From Paecilomyces variotii (Eukaryota): 64,000 nt of DNA. Below are positions 12,697-24,292 of the stretch, in pieces. Each line of letters begins with the position of its first letter. Position 1 is the first letter of the stretch. The stretch lies in assembly GCA_004022145.1 (NCBI GenBank), contig RCNU01000013.1; one strand, written 5' to 3'. Made by a program: the position numbers and the translations under genes. The notes below the pieces were generated by a model. It did no database searches. It had not been told where the DNA came from and saw nothing but the letters and a program-made list of their open reading frames with translations.

Positions 12697-13638
12697 ATGG
12701 CATCAAATCCACCGACTGAGCCACCGAGCTCGAACGCGTCGACCGCGACGCCGACCGCGCCGACATCAAATCTCATAACTATCCCCCCCGAACTCGAGAC
12801 GTTTCGAGAGAAGCTGTTCCATTTGGATAAACATTCCCCATATACGATGTCATCCGCGCAATTCCACCACCTGTTCCCCTTCGTCGATAATATGTTTACC
12901 CGAAATCGCGTCACCCCGAAGGCTGATGGTAGAGTAGTACACTACTATTGGTGCCGGCTATGGAGGAAGACGGAGCGTCCGACTGTTCCACCCGAGCAGA
13001 GGCAACGGCAGCGGACATCGCGCAAGCCGCAGGCCTGTCCCTTCAAGATGAAGGTCCAGGATAATGGGGTGACAGTGGTGATTGAACTGACTGCTGGTGT
13101 TCATAATCACGACTATGAGTTAATGGCGCATAAAGCCACCACTGCAGTGCGACAGCTTGCTGCGCAGGAGGTTGCAAAAGGCTATAAACCTGCAGAGGTC
13201 AAAAAGATGCTGTTTAACCCCCAAAACGGAAATCGGGAAGCTATCCTCGCCGCTGGTGGAACGAAATTCAATATCCAAGATATCCACAACGCCGCTCAGG
13301 TACATGCGAAAAGAAAACAAGCTGATGTCAAGCTTGACGAAGAGATCTGGCCACTTCCGCGCCGGAGGTTTGAACTTCACAAGATTCTTGATGGGATTCA
13401 GTATGCGTACTATAAGATCGAGGCAGAGACTGCTAACTGGCCTGAGGCTCTTTGCGATAGGGCGATTAAAAGATGGATCCAAGACGTACGTCAGGTCACT
13501 GAATCTATACGACGTCAAGGGGCAGAAGAGCTGAGAGCGCAATTGCGAGCGGAGGATCGGGAGCTGCTGAGAGAGTCGCCCCAAAGTTCCGTGGTTGAAA
13601 CTACAAATATTGGAGGGCTAGATTCGAGGCAGACCTAA
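12697..13638 (+). CDS. MULE-transposase-derived protein with FAR1/WRKY-GCM1-like Zn-binding DNA-binding domain
   Basis: Intact intronless 313-aa ORF; YYWCRLWRK...RQRTSRKPQACPFKMKV...GVHNHDYE fits the C..C..HxH WRKY/FAR1-type domain of fungal MULEs; no DDE catalytic motif visible. Confidence 0.65.
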   Translation: MASNPPTEPPSSNASTATPTAPTSNLITIPPELETFREKLFHLDKHSPYTMSSAQFHHLFPFVDNMFTRNRVTPKADGRVVHYYWCRLWRKTERPTVPPEQRQRQRTSRKPQACPFKMKVQDNGVTVVIELTAGVHNHDYELMAHKATTAVRQLAAQEVAKGYKPAEVKKMLFNPQNGNREAILAAGGTKFNIQDIHNAAQVHAKRKQADVKLDEEIWPLPRRRFELHKILDGIQYAYYKIEAETANWPEALCDRAIKRWIQDVRQVTESIRRQGAEELRAQLRAEDRELLRESPQSSVVETTNIGGLDSRQT

Positions 13639-15300
13639 CTGAGGTCAACGCTGTGGATATTCTGCATCGGAAGATGCCTTGACTGAGCGGTGCAGGATCT
13701 AGGAGATGGCGATTCCATCTCGTTTGATCTTGTCCTTTTCATGATCCAACCTTGGGGTGGTCGACCCGCCGCCGATAGCTGGTCTGCAGCAGCAGACCAC
13801 TACGACTTTGTCAAAGAACATCGTCTGTCTCAACTCTTCGAGGGACTTGTCCGCGCCGTTGTTTGGGATCGCTAAAATGATCTGACGACGGAAATGCAGA
13901 ACTTGGGTGTCACTTTCTCTGACATCTTCTCTCACCTGCACCCTACGCTTGAGCGACGTGTTATTGCAAACAAGAGAAAATGCTACTAATTTATTGAGAG
14001 CTTGTCATAGAAAAGCTATAACCTGCAAGCATTATATGACAAAGGTCGATTAGTATGGATGTATCCATGTATTATATAATTCTTCTCTTATTTTCTTTTA
14101 TTTTCTTTCTTTTTTCTTCTTTTTTTTCCCTCCTGATTACCTTCACGACTCCGGCCTACGGTAACTAGCTATCAATGATTATCAATTTATTTTGCACAGC
14201 TCTCTTCATGGCGGTATGCGATCGGCCTGATAATGATTGCTCACGGGACAGTTTTACCGGATCGGGAGTTGGCTCCCCTCCAGCACTTTTCCTCTTTGGT
14301 ACAGCCGGTCCAGCGCCAACTGTATTCGAACCACGTCCAAGCAATCGCCATGCTCGAAGTCATTATATTCGCCTCTCTCCGCGCACCTGCCAGTCCGGGG
14401 GTGTGCGATGCGAAGGGGCACCGTTGTCGAATCACGGGGAACTGATGACCGGCTATTTGAAGCAACAAACGACGCTCGAATGCGAAGGAAATGGAAGGAT
14501 AATGCGACTCGGAACTTTGGTATGGAGAGAAGCTGATGGCGAGAGAATGAGGAGATTCAGTCGACGAGTAATCAATCGCGCGCCTGAATCAGAATGCTGC
14601 GATCGGATGGTGATTAGATTCTGCTCGACTATAGCTCAACAGTGTACGACGGCACAGTACTGCATTAGCAAACCATGTCATGAATGAGATGATGCGAACC
14701 AAGAGAGGCCATACGCTTCACGACAAGCGGTATCTTTGCAGTATGCCATCCAGCACCAGCACCAGCATCCGCTCGATTCTTTTTCCGCTATCTATCCCTC
14801 CGCAGGTCAACCCAGGTCAATCAATCAATTCTCTTGGACAAAACCAGCCAGCCGCTGGGGCTAACCCCTCAAGAGGTAATTGATGCCATTTACGTGTGGG
14901 GAGCTGCGCTTATCAGCATCTCTTATCTGCATCTCCTCACCCAACATAGTAAAACCATTCGACAGGACCGCTGGACGCTTTTCCAGTGCAACCGCGGTGG
15001 GACATTCGTCTGTCGTTCAATCGTAGCTAGACTGCGAGAGGCTGCAATCTACACACCGTCTTTAAAGTCCTCGTCTCCGGCTCTTTGCTTTCCGACAGAA
15101 TGTACATATCTGCTCCTGCGCCATTCGCTACTGCTATACTCTTGCCCGAAGGACGAGACTCCTCTGGATTTGATGCCGATTATTCTTGATTGATCATTTA
15201 TAATATATTATCATATTCCATGTTAGCTTAGCTGTTCATACCTCCCTCGCTAATTGATCTATACATATACACTTCCGCGGCAGCCTGCCGCACCGGCGAG

Positions 15301-16976
15301 ATGGCCTACTTGGAGACGCTCAAAATGCTGGACCCCATGTGGGTAATCGGGGTCATCATGCTTTCAATGAGCACAGTGTATTTCATCACGAATAAAGCAC
15401 AGCGTGTTGCCCTCTTCGATCGCGTCAGCTTCCGTGGCCGCAAAGCCTCGACGGCCGCTACACCACCGCGTTCGCTATCCCCCGAGAAGAAAGGCAGTAC
15501 AGCTCCTGTATCACCGCCGAGCTATAGCGATACTCTACCGCCTCAGCGCCGGGAGGTTCTTCCAATTCTTGCGAAAGAACTGCCCGACACGCTGGGAAAA
15601 TTGCCCTGCAGGGCTGTCAGCGAGGAGGAAGTCAAAAAACACATCCTCCCGATGACCGCGAACTATATGACGAGTGAACCGAACAAATATACCCCAACTG
15701 GCTTCTCGGCGGAAGAGATCCGAGCTATGGGAGATTTCCCAAACTATGCGGAACTCAGTGGTGTACCTTTACCACAGGCTTATGCTGAATTCGATATTGA
15801 TAAGGCTCGCCCACGACCTTATCGTCCGTTTAGATGGGCCTATCACCAGACAATGTGTATGTCTTGCTAGCGTTATTCTCTCGAAACACCCCCCCTTCCA
15901 GGGCCAATAGACTAACATCTCAACTCTCAACAGCGTTGAAGAAAATGGAACCCGACTGGTGGATCGAATTCGAAAACACCTACAAGGAGCGACTCGCGCA
16001 GCGAAAAGCCCTATACGCAAAGCACGGCAAAGCCGTGCTCGATTACCTCCCCGGCTCCGAACTCGCATGCAAAGAACTCATGGAAATGGTCCTTCAATTC
16101 ATCTGCGCTCGCTACCCGCAGTATTTCAGTCTAATCGACAAGCGGATTTTCAAGAACCGGATCCTAGGCACCGAAGTCGTTATCAAGAGCAAGCATCCGC
16201 TGGAGATCCTCATGGATAATGTCCCCGAGGACTTTGGTATCGTGCTGCGTGACGATCAGACGGGGTTCTATTTCTTCCGTGCTGGTGTGATCTGTTCGTC
16301 GTTGGGATGGAATGTTGCCACGAAGATTGGGATGCAGTTGCATGAGATTCATGCCCCTATTCCGGATTATAAGGAGAAAATGCAGTTTTCTATGGATCGG
16401 TATGATCCCCCTCCCTCTCCCCCAAAATCCCAACTATCATTTTTCTTCCTCATGATATGTATATGTATATGTATATAATCTAACCTACTCAATAGCTTCT
16501 TCTCCAAAATGCCCACCGACAAACCCATCCAACGCGGCTCCTGGGGTCTCGAAGTCGACCAGCCTCTCTTCATGCCTCCCGGCGACCCTCACGAAGCCCT
16601 CCGAAGTGTCCAAAACCCCAACCTTCGTCTCGAAGACTGCCACCTCCGGGTAGACTGGCAAACACTACGCCGCCTCCCTCTCTCGGCCGCCATCGTATTC
16701 AATTTCAAAGCCCTCTTCACGCCCGTTACGGAATTCCGAAACGAGCCATGCATCCCTGCTCTAGTGGCTACGTTGCTGAAAGAAGGGAAAAAGAGCCTCA
16801 TGGAGTATAAGAGTACATGGCATGTGGAACATGTTGTTTTGCCGAAGATGGAAGAGTGGAGTAAGGAGCAGGAGGAGAATGGGCTCATGGAGAAAGGGTG
16901 GAAGGTTGAGACGCTGGATGAGAGTCCGTGGTTTAAGGGGTGGGAGGAGAAATGGCATCGGCAGCAGGGGTATTAG
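15301..16976 (+). CDS. DUF3445 / heme-dependent oxidative N-demethylase-like (HRQ family) protein
   Basis: Motifs PRPYRPFRWAYHQTM, EPDWWIE, VPEDF, GWN..KIG..LHEIHAPIPDY, PIQRGSWG, LRVDWQTLRRLPLS and C-terminal WHRQQ; N-terminal hydrophobic anchor; introns ~15857-15933 and ~16400-16495. Confidence 0.85.
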
Positions 16977-17810
16977 GTTGATGAATTTTGGTTTGGTTAT
17001 CAGGGATTATTTCAATGATGAGGGGGAAAAATGAGAGGAATGGAACCATGATGACGATTGACGTTTGGTTCTTATTGCAATGAAGAATATACCGGATTCG
17101 TTTGTTTGTATAGGTGGCTATTTTGTAGGAGTCGGGGACTTCTCGATACCATTTTGGTACTTGTCTTTTGTGTACTGCGTCAAATATGACTATGGAATAT
17201 GGATATATTATATTTCCAGTGATAGATATCTAGAACAGGGTATATCTATATAAGCAGAAGCTTCGTCTCCACTTTTGGTGAATCAGCTCCCTGATATTTG
17301 CTAAAGAGATCCCCTCTGCTCGACAATCCTTTCACGGCGCCACCTGTCATGTACAGTAAGTACATCGGACCATTGTTCGCTTCTGCGTTCCAGATGTTCT
17401 CGGGCAAAGCCAACTCACGTTCTGGAGATGTCCCTGACAGGCCGAATGGTACGGATGGAATTGCCGCATGAAGAGCCTGGATGCTCGTGTCTTTGTTTTC
17501 CCCGATATGTCCCCATTCCGAGGCAGAATGATGGTCTGATTTCGGATCCCCGGGACCTTGGGATATCGCTGTGGGAGAGCAAGTAAGGCTCAGGAACGGA
17601 AGGACGCTGGAGAGTGTCGATCTATTGGCTTCACACAGCTGTAGCTGAGTGACTAGCGTCTGGACATGCAGTGCTGTCAACGGCAACAGACAAGACAACC
17701 GTAAGCGGCAGGTCGGAAGAGAAAAGAAGTAGCCCGTCAGTCTGAGTTTCTACTCCCTCGTAGTGTTACGCCTTGGAGTCCAAGATTCCCGCGACTCGAT
17801 TCAGAAAAAA

Positions 17811-18557
17811 TCAGTCCTCGCTAGCGTGTCCGGAGGATTCAGCATCACTGTGTCGACTGCCTTCGTTGCTGTGGTCGCTTTCGTTCTCTAGCTCTTCGAG
17901 CTCATCAGCCAACGGGCTGACCCTCTCTTCCAACAAGTCCAGGTCTTCCAGCTGCTGTCTAGACGGAATTTTCCAAAGACTCGTCGCGCACACGCGATCC
18001 TTGGTCAACAGATCGTCCACGAACTGGTCGATCGTTGTCAGCACGAATCCCTCTCGCATCCTGCGTCTCAATTTCCGGTAGTCCAACAGCAGCGGTTCTA
18101 GCGACTTGTAAATATCGACAGGATCAAAGGTTAGTCGGATATAAAACGCTGCCAGTGCGCGCAGATACTTGAAATCGCCACGGGATTTCACCACACCGTT
18201 ATCCGCGTCCTCTGCTGTGTCGCCTTCCGCATCACTCCCTGGATCGGTGAAATTCAGATACTCCAACACGATGTCCTTCTCTGGCGCGAGCTGCAGCATC
18301 TTGAACGCAAGACACAGGAACGGTGTTGGTTTTTGCCCAACGCCATACGTCCCTCCGATAGAGGTCAGTTCCGCTGCGCGATCACACAGAGTGGCGGCAT
18401 TGAGACCGAAGCATTGTTCTTTCCAGTAGTATGAGTCCGTGATGCGGTCGCGGACAGCCTTTTCGAATAGCGTCGCGGGGTTGACACCGCGGATTAGGGG
18501 ACCCGTGTAGCCGCGGTTGTCGAGGAGTGCGCTGGCATCGGCACGGTGGGTTGCCAT
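17811..18557 (-). CDS. PRP38: Pre-mRNA splicing factor Prp38
   Basis: GVNPATLFEKAVRDRITDSYYWKEQCFGLNAATL, GGTYG..KPTPFLCLAFKMLQL, FKYLRALAAFYIRL, LEPLLLDYRKLR are characteristic PRP38 family motifs. Confidence 0.95.
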   Translation of the reverse strand: MATHRADASALLDNRGYTGPLIRGVNPATLFEKAVRDRITDSYYWKEQCFGLNAATLCDRAAELTSIGGTYGVGQKPTPFLCLAFKMLQLAPEKDIVLEYLNFTDPGSDAEGDTAEDADNGVVKSRGDFKYLRALAAFYIRLTFDPVDIYKSLEPLLLDYRKLRRRMREGFVLTTIDQFVDDLLTKDRVCATSLWKIPSRQQLEDLDLLEERVSPLADELEELENESDHSNEGSRHSDAESSGHASED

Positions 18558-19129
18558 CTTGATGCTGGCTCTGCTCCTTGTCTCTTGGAGTCTGTGACTG
18601 CAAAGAAGCTCGTTCAAGGCTGGTCCAAAGGAAGGAGGGCTGAAGCTCTCTGTGTGGCTTCTCGGTCACTGCTCTGTAAAGCCGTGTAAAGAGGGGTGAG
18701 GATCAAAAGAAGCAGCACGCACACACCCAGAGAGAGAGACGGCAGCTTCTCTCTAGCCAAATGACGTTGGGGCTGTGGTCAAGATCGATGTCGCAAGCTG
18801 AAAGTCTGGAGCGGTCGTGGACCGAGCTTTTTTGCTTGGGGAAAACGCCACGCCGCTTATCGATAGTCGCGCGGACAACCGATCAGGGTAAACACAACGC
18901 CATCCGGTTTCACAGCGGGATCGAGACGGCCATGAGGGCGTCGAGAGTCGGTCGGTTTATTTCTAAACATTTAATCAGACAGTCTATAAAATCAAAACTC
19001 TTTCTGTATCGTCTCTAATCCATCAATTTCACGTATTACCTCGTTTCTGTTGATCTCATCCTGCGCTGATCTCAAATCTGGCATACCTCTAAGTCTAGGG
19101 GCATTCATGTCACGCATGCGCCCACAGCA

Positions 19130-20176
19130 ATGGTGCTCGTAACGTCCTCGACTATCTCTGTCATCCTATCATCAAGCGTGGTATGCATCTTCACATTCCT
19201 GCTCTTCCTGTCAGGCTACGTGCTCCAGCAGCAATCTGTACGGAGTATACAACATGCGATCCGTCCACCACTCGACTCTCCGCATAAGATATCCCCGCAT
19301 TTGGTAGCGAGAGATCGGGGTGCAGATGACCAGTTGTACCTGAATGAAGCTAGCAGCAATTACGCGCAGGATGTCCTGTCAGGGACACGAGACGAGGACG
19401 ATATACTCTCCAATCCAACAGGAGACACAGCAGGAAAGGGCAATTATGCCTATCTGCAACTTGTCTCCGATCCGGATCCTTCGAATATCTGCTCTGCAAT
19501 TCTTTTCTTCAAGACTCTTTCCAAGTCGCGTTCGTCCGTTCATGACCGTCTCTTCATGTACCCGCAGGTCTGGGACATGATGAACGAACCCTCAAAACAG
19601 GTTTCCACGGCCCTCTCTTTACTTCGCGACGCGAGTACCAAATATGACTTTTGGCTGCTCCCCATCGACATGTCGCTAGCAACTAAGCACGGGTATCAAA
19701 TTACGGACTCGAAACTTCTCCGCCTTGGCCAGATCCAATTCCTCCAGTACGACAGCGTGCTATATCTTCAATCACCGGGGTTGCTTCTCGATGGCGAGAA
19801 GTTAGATCAAGTACTGCTCTCTCGACCTCTTCCTCTAACTTATAACAAGGATAGGATCGAGTCATACAGGAATGATGCCTGGATCGCTATGCCTTTGAGG
19901 CCGGAACGAGAACCTAATCTCCCGCCCGTGTACCTCATTGCTGTGAACAACATGGGAGACCACGTCGAGGCGCGAACACATATTCCAAATGTCGCCATTG
20001 CAGGATTCGGAGAACTGGTTACCGGGCCCTGGGGCGGAGAGAACCCCGATGCAGCGTACGTGTTCTTCGAGAAAGATCGTGACGGACACGTACGCTGGGA
20101 AGATAATCCACTATTTGGAACCTGGCGGGCGCAGCAGAATGAGGTCTGCGAGGGTTTAAACCTGGATGTGAATTGA
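19130..20176 (+). CDS. Type II membrane protein, distant glycosyltransferase family 8 (Gnt1-like) fold
   Basis: N-terminal TM (VVCIFTFLLFLSGYVLQQ); YAYLQLVS..NICSAILFFKTL..S..DRLFMYP and QYDSVLYL resemble GT8/Gnt1 N-terminal elements; 348 aa, intronless. Confidence 0.6.
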   Translation: MVLVTSSTISVILSSSVVCIFTFLLFLSGYVLQQQSVRSIQHAIRPPLDSPHKISPHLVARDRGADDQLYLNEASSNYAQDVLSGTRDEDDILSNPTGDTAGKGNYAYLQLVSDPDPSNICSAILFFKTLSKSRSSVHDRLFMYPQVWDMMNEPSKQVSTALSLLRDASTKYDFWLLPIDMSLATKHGYQITDSKLLRLGQIQFLQYDSVLYLQSPGLLLDGEKLDQVLLSRPLPLTYNKDRIESYRNDAWIAMPLRPEREPNLPPVYLIAVNNMGDHVEARTHIPNVAIAGFGELVTGPWGGENPDAAYVFFEKDRDGHVRWEDNPLFGTWRAQQNEVCEGLNLDVN

Positions 20177-20826
20177 AAATTGTTTTTATTTTTTTGGGAA
20201 AGGAATTTCCTACAGCGATCACTGCACTTATGATGTGTCATTGGGACTATATGCATTTCATTTCGGAATTACAATTGTGAACATACGAGATTGGGGGGAA
20301 AAGGAAAGGACGTATTTGTAACATGCTGGCGTTGTTACACGCGTGATATATTTTCCCCTATGGGGCCAGGTGCGATTTCTATATACCTCTTTTTAAGGTA
20401 TATTTGAAGGGACTTCGTTTTGTTTTGTGAATATGATTTATGAAGGACGCTGTGACAGCAGCAAGGAAGGCTTTTATGTACGATGGATTAGATGAGAAAT
20501 TAACATATAGTACATGTCAAGAGAACATGTATAACCACACAAAACATGCACTTCGTATAATGTATGATATTCTTCCTGGAGTCTCTTGTTTTACGGGTAT
20601 CACGAGCCCCTTTCTAAGATTCATATTAAAATGATGTAATGAAGGAGTAAAGAACTATCTTTTCTCCTGAGGGGTAATCGACTTTTCCGTTCCTCCTCCG
20701 CGCCACCAAATTCCTTTCCGGAAGCGACACGATGTATGGGGATGAAAATGCATAGAACTAGGCCGCATGAAAGAAAAGCGACAATCCAAGACCAAATTTC
20801 CACTTCAAGAGATTGGACCTCGATTA

Positions 20827-22901
20827 TCATGGAATCGGGGTGATTTCGTAACCCAACAGTACCTCAGTGGAGTTACCCTCCCAGCCTCTATTGCCACTGG
20901 TCGAGATCATGAATCGACATGCAGGATCGATGTAAAGCTGTGAGATGACGCCGGTCCGGTGGCCGGGTATGATAAGAAAAGGAACGGTCGAGTGGCGTGA
21001 GGACTGCTCATCTTTGAGGTCGTATAGACGAAGGATATCGTGAGAGGCGCTGAGCGAGGTGGGTTAGTGATTGCAGACACAGACGCTATAAGGGTGTATC
21101 GGTAGCATTATGACGACAAGGGGATGCTACTCACCAAACAAGGTGTCGTCCATTAGGCATGGGATGCAGTGCAGTCACTGCGCCACTCCCTTGAGGGAAT
21201 TTGAATACGCGCTCTGCGCTGCGCAATCCTTTGTGAAGAGAGAACTCTTCGACCGTTCCATTTCGACGGCCCGCGTAGATGTAGTTCCCATCAGGAGACC
21301 AGCAGGCGTTCATACACCATGGAGGAACGTTGCGAGGGCTGATGCGAGCTACAGGGTCTGGCTGTCTCCTATCCCACACGCGGATCGTGCCATCAATGGA
21401 GGCTGCCAGGAAGGTGGTGTCGTTTGTGATATTGGATTCGGATAGTGATGGTTGGGTGAGATCGAGGTCCATGGAAGACGGTTCTAATTGCTCTGCATGG
21501 GGTAGACCATTGACCACAGGCTCAGATATTCCGTTTGGAAGGGCCGCACCAGGAACCGCTTCTTGGCCCTGGCCTGCAGATTCTGTCGATGTCTCCAAGG
21601 TTGGAAGCGTGGAGTCCCGCATACTGTTCGACTGGTCCATAAAATCAGGCTCGCCATGCGCATCTTCCTCCGAGTGTTGGGCTCCGTTGGCAAGCGCGCG
21701 ACTGAGCTCGTCCTCTGCATCTGTTCCAAAAGCGCCCCCTGAAGGCGCTCCGCCGTCAATAGCACCCCCATCGGCATCCCCGAATAATGAATCTGCTCCC
21801 CCAAAAAGTGAGTCAGCTGGCGAACCTGCTTCTGCGGTTGCCCCTAGTTGACCCTCCTGGCTCTCGTTTACGCCATTTGTAAAGCTAAAGCTGCCTCCGC
21901 CACTAGCCTGGTAGTTAGACGAGTACGTCCCATTGGGTTGCGGAACATCTGGAATATCTTGCGGTATTGGTAGGCTTGACTCCGGACGTATCTGGATAGC
22001 AGAGATCTGTCCAGCACTGGCGCTGAAGAGACGCCGACTCTGTCCCGTGTTTAGATCCCAATCGATAACCTTTTTATCCCAGCTGCCTGACAGGAGCGAT
22101 TTTTCATCCGAGGTGAGATGTAAGGCCGAAACTGCAGATGTATGCTGCTGTAGAAGAGCAACTTCCTTGCTCTCTTCGTGACGGATCGTTTGGAGACGAA
22201 TGTTGCCCGATTCGAGCCCAGAAAGCAGCCACAAACCCTGGCTTTGGGCCGCCAATGAGTAGACTGGAGATAGGACATTCCCATCCATGTTTTCCCAGTA
22301 TGTCATCAACACGCCCGCTTTGATCACACTGTCAACGAAGGGATGTCTTTGCGCGACGGTCAACATGAGCTTGCTGTTGATCGAATCTACCCAGTTGAAC
22401 TTCCGAACATAGCCATCGGCTCCTCCGCTGAAAACCCATCTCATATCAGCCGTTGCCGTCACCGCATTGATCGACGTACTGTGAGGGGCCGCCGTGGTAG
22501 GTACGATGTCGTATGTAGATGCCGTGAGACATTCGGCGCGCACAGTAGGACGAAACGCAGCGAGCGGATCTGATAAAATATTTGCAGCATTTGGAGATCC
22601 AGCAGCAGCATTCGACTGCAACGCTCCGCCCGCTCCTTCAGACGTTTGACTGGCATTCGAAGGGCTTTCAGCATCTGGTTCTTGGTCGGCATCGGCGTCA
22701 GCGTCAGCGTCTGGGTCGTTATCGCCGTCGCCGTCGCCATCGTCCACATCTCTCATCGTATCGTCCATATCATTATCAGAACTTTCATCTTGCGATCCTA
22801 TGCAATGTAACACCGGGGTCAGCCTTCCGAAGAGACGGCGCGGAAACTGGTCACCTACCCACGAGATCGCGGTCGTCCTCCTCCTCTCCAATTGAAGGCA
22901 T
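20827..22901 (-). CDS. SPT8: SAGA complex WD40 subunit Spt8
   Basis: Acidic N-terminus, TYDIVPTTAAPHSTSINAV, FSGGADGYVRKF, LTVAQRHPFVDSV, SGSWDK, PPWCMNACWSPDG..YAGRRNGTVEEF, C-terminal SGNRGWEGNSTEVLLGYEI; introns ~22799-22858 and ~21052-21134. Confidence 0.93.
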
Positions 22902-24292
22902 GGTCACATTAGGTACTCAGATATAGTGTTGTGAGACCACGCTGCTATCAGAGTAACAACTGAGGAGATGTCGAATCTTGCGATACGTTGTTCTTGGTCG
23001 TGGCCTGCGGAGCTGATACCGGCGCAAAAGCGGATGAACTGCGGCCCTTCACAGGGACAATGCAGATAGATTATAGAGCCATCTGCGTGCGCTCTTTCTG
23101 TGAAGGCGTGTATGAGGCCAGCCAGCCATAGACTGGCACAGCGCTCTAACAAATCGATCAAAAGAGAGAAAAGCGCTGTGATTACCCTTGATCCTTGGTT
23201 GTCTTTGATTTCTCCCACTTCCCCAGGCGCTCTCTCCGCTCCGCTGTTGGCCTGAGGCTTTGAATCTCCCGTTCTGGAATAGTGTGTCTATGCTTAGTCA
23301 TGATTGTAGTTCTGAAGGATTTGGATCCTGATGAATTATTCTTGATCATGAGCCTCAGCTCTGGAATTCCTCTCATCTGTACTGTTTTTGGCCCATGCAC
23401 TCTAACTGTAACCCGATTCCTAAGCTGATATTTGCATGTAGCCATAGACCATACTATGGAGTCAGTCTGCAACCTGGCTGTCACGAGCAGTTAGTATCAG
23501 ATTTTAAGACCACTTAACCAGAAAGAGAAATTTCCTCTTCGTCGTACTGTCATATCCAAAACTCTGTTTGCTTTGCAAAGTACAGGTTCTCTAATCATAT
23601 AGAGATATTTTACAACGGGCAGGTAAACCCAAAAGGCAGGTTACCGCTGTCGCTACCCGTTTCTGTTTGTCATTGCACTTGCATATGAACTTATGAAGCT
23701 TGCTGGACATATTCTTGACCTGGCAGCATCCAGTCTCATGGCTCCATATACATAGCTTGATAAATATACTGTGTAGGATCATAGGGGGGTATATATGATA
23801 TGTAGTTAGATTTGGATCTTTGTTGATCTCCCCAGGGGGAGTCCTTAATGGAATTACCCTGCAGGGACCCGCGTGTGCTGTTCTGTGATATCTCGAGATA
23901 GAAAGCGATAATGAACCCAGTGAATGAACCAGAATCAGTCACATCTTATTGCGGTTGTCCTTTTACCCAGCAAGATTTCCAGCCACAACAGAATCCTTTG
24001 TCTTACCTGTGACCCGCTGAGAACCAGAAAGCACTTGCCAACCTGCAACCTGCCAGCCGCTTCATCATGACCCATTCATGGTTTCCTTAGCCTTATTACT
24101 GGTCTTCCTGCAATATCTGGACACAGCTATTAAACGAACTCCTTTCATCGGAAAGGAACTAAGAACTGAGTTTCATATTCAGGTGGAAACCTACCGTCTT
24201 GGTCTTTCCTCCCAGCACCTCATTTCTGCGCGGGGCGTTCTTCAGTCTCTCAGTGCTACACTTCCTCTTGATTCTCCAATACCGGTATCACG

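Noticed and set aside
17246-17698. 150-aa minus-strand ORF downstream of PRP38
   Set aside because: Non-ATG start and no recognisable domain; probably 3' UTR or intergenic DNA.
23320-23430. TGATGA ... CTGA pair suggesting a box C/D snoRNA between SPT8 and the helicase
   Set aside because: No terminal stem and no rRNA-complementary guide could be verified by eye; would need snoscan or Infernal.
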